NCBI GenBank assembly: GCA_029267755.1 | Contig: JAJUHS010000001.1 | Coordinates: 1-58,089 of the forward strand | Direction: 5' to 3' | Length of the DNA stretch: 58,089 nucleotides | Source of the DNA: Clostridiales bacterium | GTDB lineage: Bacteria > Bacillota > Clostridia > Oscillospirales > Oscillospiraceae | Translations under genes and position numbers: made by a program | The notes under the pieces: model-generated | Seen by the model: only the letters and a program-made list of their open reading frames with translations | Told to the model about the DNA's origin: nothing | The model's database searches: none | Shown here: piece after piece, positions 52,501-58,089 of the stretch | How the letters are laid out: each line of letters begins with the position of its first letter | How positions within the stretch are numbered: position 1 is the stretch's first letter

Positions 52501-53996
52501 TCCAGCGTTATGATATACTTTGTTCCACCTAGCCTGCTTTTGTTTCCCACGAGAATTTTCATATTTGTATCCTCGCCGCTTAAGAGGCGCACGAGCTCAA
52601 GGATAGCTCCCCTTTTACGCTCCCAGCCCATATACCTCCCGTTGCATTTCGAGAAAACCCGGCCTCTGGAGAAGAGATAAAAGCCCCCGTACTTCTCGTT
52701 CAGCCTTTCAAGCTCGTTTTGAATCTTTGAAAGCTTTGCTGCGTCACCCTCGCTGTGTTCTGTTCGCGACTCCGGCAAATCGGCCAGTATGCCGAACATA
52801 AGGTTCTTACCGCTGTCCCGGTTGGATAGGTAGTATTCTTCTAGCCGCTCGGCACATTCCAGGCAGGCGTCTTCCGATGTCAGCAGTGCTGATATAACGC
52901 AGATCGTTTTTCCCTCTTCAGGAATTCCACCCTTCAGTTCGAGCTTCGGCGTAAGACGCGGGCGCACAAATTTTATTATAAGGAAATCCTGAAAGTTCTT
53001 GATTATTTCGGAAATCGGGAACAGCAGGATAACGGAGATTATCGGGCTTCTCAGCAGAAAACCAAGAAGCAGTGCAAGAAAAAGCGACGAAAGCATGACC
53101 GTCGTAATGTAAATGCCTCCTCTTCTTGTCTTATGCGGTCCGCCGAGAGGCCTTTCGAAAAGATAGTAACCCACATGTGCATACTTGCCTTCACCGTTCG
53201 CGGCCAGCTCCACTATCTTTCGGGCCAGCTTGTGCTCTTCAATACCCGTTTTGCGGCTGAGCTCAGATACCCTTCTGCGGTAATATATCCTCGTCTTGTC
53301 GTCCATTTGCCTATAAACGCCTGACGGATCGTTCTGAAGTATCCGCTCAGTCACGTTGACAGATTCCAGTATCTTAAAAACATCAATGCCGGAAAGCAGC
53401 CGGAGCGAGGTAATAACATTTTCGGCCGCCTCCGCAAGGTCGCATTCTTCTTCGGTTTTTACTCTTTCCTTTGCGTTCCTTTTTAAATACTCCTCGGTTT
53501 TTGCTGAAATATCGGCAAGCTCCGAAACAAGCGCCGCCTTTAAAGATGGCATAAAAACGGCTAGTTCTCGCTCACGAAGCACAACAACATTTTGGAAGCC
53601 TTCAAGAAATATTGACATACGCTCGGCGGTGACCTGTCCTGCTCCGGAACGTACAAATTCCTCCGCAGCATAGGTGACTATCGATTTTCCGTTTTTGTCG
53701 GCGGCGCGCGTCATGGAAATGTTCTGCAGATCCCTTATGGCCTGCTTACCTTCCCTTTCGGCGATGTACCAGTTGTCGGTAAGCCATTCGGCAGGTTTGG
53801 GCATTCTGTTTCCGGCCGCCGCATAGTCCTCCGATGCCCGTACTACCGACCTTATACGCTTTAGATTGTCAGCCGTGTTAATTCCGGTGCCCTTTGCACG
53901 CCTGCCATTTGAAAGCTCCAGCATCTTCGCGGTATTCTCGGCAAAATGCATAAGCTTATCGTCTTCTATATAGAACCTATGATTTTTATTTATCAT
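46560..53996 (-). CDS. Cyclic beta-1,2-glucan synthase-like multidomain protein (GT84 + transglycosylase + GH94 phosphorylase; NdvB/ChvB/Cgs family)
   Basis: GWERKRG, ITLDSDT, SHDLLEG, RWTRGDWQ; TM helices; PPDNYQE, TSPTNIG, SWTGTMFEYLMP; GAYGFRDQLQD, GDWNDG, RENGGQYTH. Confidence 0.9.
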   Translation of the reverse strand: MINKNHRFYIEDDKLMHFAENTAKMLELSNGRRAKGTGINTADNLKRIRSVVRASEDYAAAGNRMPKPAEWLTDNWYIAEREGKQAIRDLQNISMTRAADKNGKSIVTYAAEEFVRSGAGQVTAERMSIFLEGFQNVVVLRERELAVFMPSLKAALVSELADISAKTEEYLKRNAKERVKTEEECDLAEAAENVITSLRLLSGIDVFKILESVNVTERILQNDPSGVYRQMDDKTRIYYRRRVSELSRKTGIEEHKLARKIVELAANGEGKYAHVGYYLFERPLGGPHKTRRGGIYITTVMLSSLFLALLLGFLLRSPIISVILLFPISEIIKNFQDFLIIKFVRPRLTPKLELKGGIPEEGKTICVISALLTSEDACLECAERLEEYYLSNRDSGKNLMFGILADLPESRTEHSEGDAAKLSKIQNELERLNEKYGGFYLFSRGRVFSKCNGRYMGWERKRGAILELVRLLSGEDTNMKILVGNKSRLGGTKYIITLDSDTRLGVSTARELVGAMLHPLNKAEIDAQKRVVTSGHAILQPRVSVDLKAANRSDFTRLFAGQGGIDPYGNTAGDVYNDLFDEGSFMGKGIINVEAYRVCLENRLPENLILSHDLLEGAYLRAGFAGDVEFTDGYPYKISSYYERLHRWTRGDWQLIRWLRAYVPDGNGRLVKNPLNQVNRWKIFDNLRRSTVPIFTFAAVYIGMLTSSKDFAVAASVAILSAVSALLISSAELVFRRDISGKAKYHSTIISGFGAALTQTLLQLVFLPYQAYICFHAIVTALYRMYVSKKNLLSWVTAAESEKHSCDNILSYCRKMYAAMLLGLLAVLFSRWAAGTAVGIVWLISPVCALSLSVEKINKRTLSVEDRLFIVRAANDIWRYFSELTGPENNYLPPDNYQEQPYVGAAERTSPTNIGLALLSAQAAMDMGLSGSENAPALIENILETIEKLPKWNGHLYNWYDSKTLRPLEPPYISAVDSGNLAGALIVLREALLERGEEFKNLAERADRLADAMDFKLLFDDERQLFYIGIEADGTPTKGWYDLMASEARQTSYLAIAKGQVTKKHWRRLGRALVSKDNFSGMASWTGTMFEYLMPNLIMPCYENSLLYESMKFCIYVQQKTFSPWGMSESAFYSFDPNLNYQYKAHGAARLALKRGQDKDCVISPYSTFLALQLSPKSAVKNLKKLAQMGMEGRYGFYEAADFTPARQLGKKYEVVRCFMAHHLGMSIVAADNAVNDGIMQKRFMRDREMAAYSELLQEKVPIGQIVLKKTSREVPDKPRIIAWQGLNISGEGVNANDPACTLLSNGAYTVALSEAGASRSMFGDMLVTRFDGTYFGASQGMSFYLKTESGAYSLLPAPDFSGEAEFSYKFTDRFGEIRSKRRDFISCVSVRVAPEESGELRTVSIRNLQNKTMEAELVCYFEPVLAKRNDYYAHPAFSKLGIETELRDGAIVIKRRASGKKRSSCAAFACDGEMCFDTMKEAALGRGGERSLKNALNRPAGNTLGAVLDPCVLVRVKIQIKPSEEEHVRFALCADDNADKAVSAVSGILKLPANCAANRVEEAAKSLCGDAHDIASAMELLKTMIFKRENYKGSEKQATGAREALWRMGISGDIPIITVVADKEDCSEKARKLLRSHMILRRSGIKSDLVFVTNDGGDYRRPVKTMISGVLRELGLECEIGNGIYVVDAGNLGELICASSKVIYCSEKSEKQYEVPEVPREYRFWKEELRSSESVELHYEDDGSLVINTCGALPQVSWSNILTNGSFGYISSDCGTGHMWYKNARENKINVWQNDLLATDGTERICAFVDGRAYSVFADADGQSCRITFGFGFTEWEKEINGAKIRTTAFVPPDSDTRILIIKAENGHEIEKINYFTDIVLGADTVQNGTRIELQDGLIIAENRGNLEFPEIRHITAFSEKLIDFADSSSMSRTVSCVSADFKLRDAAVIISGCEDKEKIKDYLELERAEDALRRTKKFWLEKLGAISVRTPDDNLNKYMNGWALYQALASRILGRTSMYQNGGAYGFRDQLQDVSCIVQHYPDIAKEQIIRACEHQYVEGDVQHWWHPNLLSEQCDKGVRTRCSDDLLWLPYALCRFCRVTGDLGFCNVEAEYITSPVLKAGETERYELPGRSGVFESVFDHARRALDMVISRGTGEHGLNLIGTGDWNDGFDRLGIGGKGESVWLSWFAAHVLERFAELCTALGEKELAEHYERTAESFASAANGAWDGKWFIRAYFDDGKPLGASGDGECEIDSIAQSFSTWTKYSNRERCETGIKSAVDRLLDRQNGIIKLFTPPFSGESSDPGYIRGYVPGVRENGGQYTHAAVWLAMGCLKTGLNNEGWEMLKTLLPAGHEQKIYKAEPFVLAADVYSNPQHIGRAGWNWYTGAAAWYFRTVEEELLGLKLRGGKLKIEPALPDSWDGFGAVWRTDKGEFNITVKKTGRRSVTVDGKINPEKEINLYHYNGKHDIFVEIDK

Positions 53997-54153
53997 CTCT
54001 GATCTCCAAAAACCAATATTTGTAAATGCTTTGGAACCTGTGACAGTGTATAAGCTATTTTTCCTCTGGCATTTCACAAATATGCAGTTTTTTGTCATAT
54101 AATGGTCTTTTAATGTAAAGCAAAACTACCTGTCATAAAATGTTCTTTTACAC

Positions 54154-54182
54154 TTGACAAAAAAATTCTTTCAAGTTAGAAT
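54154..54182 (+). promoter_or_regulatory. SigA promoter of ylxM-ffh
   Basis: TTGACA-17 nt-TAGAAT. Confidence 0.75.
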
Positions 54183-54241
54183 ATACACCTGTAAGGTGCT
54201 TTGGCTTTACTCTTGCGGTCGAGTCTGCGTCGGAGGTTTTT

Positions 54242-54604
54242 ATGGATAAAACGGTGCATATGGCAATGCTTTTTGATTTTTTCGGCGAGCTTCTTACGGA
54301 TAAGCAAAAAGAATACTTTGACCTTTACTATAACGAGAACCTCTCGCTTTCCGAGATCGCTGAGAACGAGGGGATCAGCCGGCAGGGTGTACGCGATATC
54401 ATCATGCGCGCCGAAGCAATACTTACCGATATAGAGCAAAAAACCGGGATTGTGAAACGCTATACCGAAATGCAGGCGGATATCTCAATGATTGAAGGCT
54501 ACCTTGCGGAAATAGTAAATTTAAACCAGCTTAGATTTAAAAACGGTAAGCTTCTTGAGCTGTCAAACAAAATTTCCGAAAGGATTCAATTCCTGAAAAA
54601 TTAG
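54242..54604 (+). CDS. ylxM: UPF0122 protein YlxM
   Basis: LFDFFGELLTDKQ...LSLSEIAENEGISRQGV, directly upstream of ffh. Confidence 0.93.
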   Translation: MDKTVHMAMLFDFFGELLTDKQKEYFDLYYNENLSLSEIAENEGISRQGVRDIIMRAEAILTDIEQKTGIVKRYTEMQADISMIEGYLAEIVNLNQLRFKNGKLLELSNKISERIQFLKN

Positions 54605-54670
54605 AATGAAACGAAGCATGGCGCAATATATCGGACTCGATTATATTGCCCAAGCTAATCGGAGGAAAAC

Positions 54671-56008
54671 ATGGCATTTGAAAGCTTATCCGAAAAATTG
54701 TCGGCCTCGTTCAAAAAGCTCCGCAGCAAGGGAAGGTTGACAAGCGCGGATATAAAGGAAGCGATGCGCGAGGTTCGCATCGCCCTTCTCGAAGCCGACG
54801 TCAGCTATAAGGTCGTCAAGGACTTTATAGCCAAGGTCAGCGAACGCGCCGTCGGTGCGGACGTGCTTGAAAGCCTCACTCCCGCCCAGATGGTCATCAA
54901 GATCGTTAACGAGGAACTTATCGCCCTCATGGGCAGCGAAAACTCGAAGATTACGATTTCGTCGAAGCCCCCAACAGTCGTTATGCTCGTCGGTCTTCAG
55001 GGCGCTGGCAAAACCACAAACGGCGCGAAGCTCGCGGCACTGATGAAAAAAAGCGGCAAGCGCCCGCTTCTTGCCGCCTGCGACATTTACCGTCCTGCGG
55101 CTATCGATCAGCTCAAAACCGTCGGAGCTCAGGTAGACGTCCCGGTTTTTGAAATGGGCAAAACCGACCCCGTCAATATAGCCAAGGCCGCCGTTGAACA
55201 TGCAAAAAAGCACGGCAACGACATGGTTTTTCTTGACACGGCGGGCCGGCTCCATATAGACGAAGCGCTTATGGACGAACTTAAGAACATCAAGTCCGCG
55301 GTCAAACCCGACGAAATTCTTCTTGTCGTCGACGCAATGACAGGCCAGGACGCTGTCAATGCGGCTTCCGCCTTTAACGATGCGTTAGGCATCGACGGCA
55401 TCTTCCTCACAAAGCTTGACGGCGACGCGAGGGGCGGCGCTGCTCTTTCGGTCCGCGCGGTTACCGGAAAACCGATCAAGTTCGTCGGCATGGGCGAAAA
55501 GCTTGATGCGGTCGAGCTTTTTCACCCCGACAGGATGGCATCCAGAATCCTCGGAATGGGCGACGTGCTTACGCTTATCGAGAAGGCCGAGCAGAGCTTC
55601 GACCAGAAAAAGGCCGAGGAAATGGCCGCAAAGCTCAAGGCCAACAAATTTACGCTTACCGATTACTACGAGCAGCTTGTTTCCCTCAAATCGATGGGTT
55701 CCATATCGGATATCGCCGGCATGATACCGGGTGTCGACGCAAAGGCGCTCAGCGGCGCGAAAATAGACGAAAAGGCGCTTGTGCGCACTGAAGCGATAAT
55801 CCAGTCGATGACGCGGTACGAGAGGGATAACCCCCAAGTCCTCAACAGCAGCCGCAAAAGGCGCATCGCCGCCGGCAGCGGCACTACAGTCGTTGATGTG
55901 AACCGCCTTTTGAAGCAATTTGAAACCATGCAGGCCATGGCGAAGCAGTTCGCAGGCGCTAAAAAGGGCAAATTCTTCGGCAAAGGCAGAAATCCGTTCG
56001 GGTTTTGA
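54671..56008 (+). CDS. ffh: Signal recognition particle protein
   Basis: GLQGAGKTT, DTAGR, TKLDGDARGG, M domain SRKRRIAAGSG. Confidence 0.98.
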   Translation: MAFESLSEKLSASFKKLRSKGRLTSADIKEAMREVRIALLEADVSYKVVKDFIAKVSERAVGADVLESLTPAQMVIKIVNEELIALMGSENSKITISSKPPTVVMLVGLQGAGKTTNGAKLAALMKKSGKRPLLAACDIYRPAAIDQLKTVGAQVDVPVFEMGKTDPVNIAKAAVEHAKKHGNDMVFLDTAGRLHIDEALMDELKNIKSAVKPDEILLVVDAMTGQDAVNAASAFNDALGIDGIFLTKLDGDARGGAALSVRAVTGKPIKFVGMGEKLDAVELFHPDRMASRILGMGDVLTLIEKAEQSFDQKKAEEMAAKLKANKFTLTDYYEQLVSLKSMGSISDIAGMIPGVDAKALSGAKIDEKALVRTEAIIQSMTRYERDNPQVLNSSRKRRIAAGSGTTVVDVNRLLKQFETMQAMAKQFAGAKKGKFFGKGRNPFGF

Positions 56009-56082
56009 TTTGTATGGTGCGTTAGTGCTATTGCAAATTTTAGCTATATAACCTTTTTATCATATATCTGGAGGTGAATTTC

Positions 56083-56322
56083 ATGGTAAAAATCAGACTT
56101 CGCAGAATGGGCGCAAAGAAGAATCCATTTTACAGAATAGTTGTCGCCGATTCTCGTTTTCCCCGTGACGGAAGATTTATCGAGGAGATAGGCACATATA
56201 ATCCCCTCGCCAATCCGTCCGAAATAAAGGTCGACGGTGAACGCGCTCTTGCGTGGATAAAGTCCGGCGCTCAGCCAACCGATACCGTAAAAGCCCTGCT
56301 CAAAAAATCCGGCGTGCTCTAA
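56083..56322 (+). CDS. rpsP: 30S ribosomal protein S16
   Basis: [25 protein letters not shown]. Confidence 0.98.
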   Translation: MVKIRLRRMGAKKNPFYRIVVADSRFPRDGRFIEEIGTYNPLANPSEIKVDGERALAWIKSGAQPTDTVKALLKKSGVL

Positions 56323-56333
56323 GGAGAAGATCA

Positions 56334-56564
56334 ATGAAGGACCTTTTACTTTATATTGCTCAAAACCTTGTGGATCATCCCGAGGAGGTCACCGTTACCG
56401 AGATCGAGGGCGAGAACGAGACTGTTTTGGAACTTCGTGTCGCCGAAGGCGACATGGGCAAGGTCATAGGCCGTCAGGGCAGAATTGCAAAGGAAATCCG
56501 TACGCTTATCAAATCCGTTGCGGTGCGCAGCGGCAAAAGGGTGTCCGTCGAAATCGTTGACTGA
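56334..56564 (+). CDS. khpA: KH-domain RNA-binding protein KhpA (YlqC)
   Basis: DMGKVIGRQGRIAK; between rpsP and rimM. Confidence 0.93.
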   Translation: MKDLLLYIAQNLVDHPEEVTVTEIEGENETVLELRVAEGDMGKVIGRQGRIAKEIRTLIKSVAVRSGKRVSVEIVD

Positions 56565-56571
56565 CGGATCA

Positions 56572-56605
56572 GAGTGCCCCGCACATAAGGCGGGGCACTT
56601 ATTTC
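56572..56605 (+). terminator. Internal hairpin/terminator between khpA and rimM
   Basis: agtgccccgc-acataag-gcggggcact then tattt. Confidence 0.6.
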
Positions 56606-56622
56606 TATATTGAGGTAATTGT

Positions 56623-57114
56623 ATGGAAAAGAAAAGATTTCTAGAGGCAGGCAAAATAGTCAATACCCATGGCATAAGGGGCGAGGTAAAAATACTGCCC
56701 TGGTGCGACAGTCCCGAATTCCTTTGCGGCTTCGACCGCCTCTATATAAACGAGACGCCGTTCAGGGTGCTTTCTTCCTATGTCCATAAAAATTGTTTGA
56801 TCGCGCAGCTTGAGGGTGTATCGGCAGTGGGAGCGGCAATGGCGCTTAAAAATTCGGTGGTCTGCATAGCGCGCGAGGACGTTAAGCTCGAAGAAGGCGA
56901 ATACTTTATCGCCGACGCAATTGGGCTTCCGGTCTACGACGAGGAAAGCGGCGAGCAGATCGGTATTTTAAAGGATGTGCTCGAGTATCCGGCTTCAAAA
57001 ATCTTCGTTGTTTCGGACGGAACCGAACGTCTTATACCCGCCGTGCCCGAATTCGTCAAAAAGGTCGATACCGAGAACGGTGCAATTTATGTCCGGCTTA
57101 TTGAGGGGATGTGA
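56623..57114 (+). CDS. rimM: 16S rRNA processing protein RimM
   Basis: GKIVNTHGIRGEVK, PRC-barrel with LIPAVPEFV. Confidence 0.95.
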   Translation: MEKKRFLEAGKIVNTHGIRGEVKILPWCDSPEFLCGFDRLYINETPFRVLSSYVHKNCLIAQLEGVSAVGAAMALKNSVVCIAREDVKLEEGEYFIADAIGLPVYDEESGEQIGILKDVLEYPASKIFVVSDGTERLIPAVPEFVKKVDTENGAIYVRLIEGM

Positions 57115-57875
57115 GCTTTTTGCGAATCGATATAATGACGCTTTTCCCAGATGTAGTCGGAGATATGCTCTGCGAGAGCATACTTGGTCGGGCGCAGGAA
57201 CGCGGATTCATCAGGATAGAATGCCATCAAATCCGAGATTACACCACAAACAAGCAGAATCAGGTGGACGATTACCCCTACGGAGGAGGGCGAGGCTGTG
57301 TAATGCAGGCTCAGCCGCTGCACGCCTGCTGGGAGCATATCTGCTCAGACGCCGGCGAACGCATCCACACCATTTATATGTCGCCGCAGGGTAAAGTTTT
57401 TACGCAAAGCGACGCAAAAAGGCTAAAAAGCAACTATAACAGGCTTATCCTTGTATGCGGCCACTACGAGGGCGTGGACGAGCGCTTTATCGAGGAATGC
57501 GTCGATGAGGAAATCTCAATCGGCGACTTCGTGCTTACGGGCGGCGAGATACCGGCGATGGCTGTCGCCGACGCGGTTTGCCGGCTTGTTCCAGGCGTTC
57601 TGCCGGATGAGGAGTGCTTCAAGGAGGAAAGCCATTGGGACGGGCTTCTGGAATATCCTCAGTATACGCGTCCGGAGATCTGGAACGGCAGGCGTGTGCC
57701 CGAAATACTCCTTTCGGGGCACCACGCCAATATAGCCAGATGGCGCAAAAAGCAGTCTATAATCAGAACCATGAAACGCAGACCCGATATGTTTGAAAAG
57801 CTCGAGTTTACAAGCAAACAGGAAAAAAAGCTGCTTGCCGAAATCATGGCGGAGGTTGAGGAAGAGAATACTTGA
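57111..57875 (+). CDS. trmD: tRNA (guanine-N1)-methyltransferase
   Basis: DDYPYGGG, CGHYEGVDER, SIGDFVLTGGE, EYPQYTRP. Confidence 0.97.
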   Translation: MSFLRIDIMTLFPDVVGDMLCESILGRAQERGFIRIECHQIRDYTTNKQNQVDDYPYGGGRGCVMQAQPLHACWEHICSDAGERIHTIYMSPQGKVFTQSDAKRLKSNYNRLILVCGHYEGVDERFIEECVDEEISIGDFVLTGGEIPAMAVADAVCRLVPGVLPDEECFKEESHWDGLLEYPQYTRPEIWNGRRVPEILLSGHHANIARWRKKQSIIRTMKRRPDMFEKLEFTSKQEKKLLAEIMAEVEEENT

Positions 57876-57892
57876 CGACGTTTATGATGAGC

Positions 57893-57932
57893 AAAACATA
57901 ACCCGGTTCATGTCAGAACCGGGTTATGTTTT
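57893..57932. terminator. Bidirectional terminator
   Basis: aaaacataacccggttc...gaaccgggttatgtttt. Confidence 0.85.
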
Positions 57933-57966
57933 ACAGAATATTATTGCCCTATTGGTTTATACGAAG

Positions 57967-58089
57967 TTACTTCGTCATGCTGCGGATAAACCGTTCGAGC
58001 ATGGCCGCGATCTCCGCGCGGGTGGCGGCGCCCTGCGGGTTCAGTCCACCGTTCCCATCGCCCTTTATGATGCCCGCGCCGCAGGCCCA
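57967..58089 (-). CDS. C-terminal end of an SLH-domain protein (partial)
   Basis: Minus frame WACGAGIIKGDGNGGLNPQGAATRAEIAAMLERFIRSMTK* matches an SLH repeat. Confidence 0.85.
   Translation of the reverse strand, partial: WACGAGIIKGDGNGGLNPQGAATRAEIAAMLERFIRSMTK

Noticed and set aside
54075..54110. Sporulation-sigma promoter for the glucan synthase gene
   Set aside because: Only a weak CATA-type -10 match; not distinguishable from AT-rich background

Overview
58-kb chromosomal segment of an anaerobic Firmicute (Clostridia, Oscillospiraceae-like gene order; inferred). Left to right: a minus-strand housekeeping operon (DUF1385-prmC-recA-recX-rimO-pgsA, then a hypothetical gene and a dual-OB ssb), tRNA-Leu(CAA), and an accessory block. 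That block holds two exported serine-hydrolase-fold proteins, divergent from a membrane-anchored LuxR regulator and an amidohydrolase. Next come a MacAB-like ABC system with an SLH protein, a PucR regulator, an amtB-PII fusion operon, a complete leuA-ilvBNCD-cimA-leuCDB operon, a chemoreceptor, ymfF-ymfH-lgt-fhs, a giant cyclic beta-1,2-glucan synthase-like gene, and ylxM-ffh-rpsP-khpA-rimM-trmD. The most interesting signals are outside the ORF track. (1) Two tandem Ile/Leu/Val-rich leader peptides, each with antiterminator/terminator pairing, precede leuA in place of a T-box. (2) Three tandem ANTAR-type hexaloop-terminator cassettes precede the amtB-PII operon. (3) A ~50-80 nt hairpin element recurs in three 5' UTRs. 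(4) The hydrolase pair shares an unrecognised ~100-aa domain in three copies and has altered catalytic motifs. No integrase, transposase, CRISPR array or rRNA was seen.
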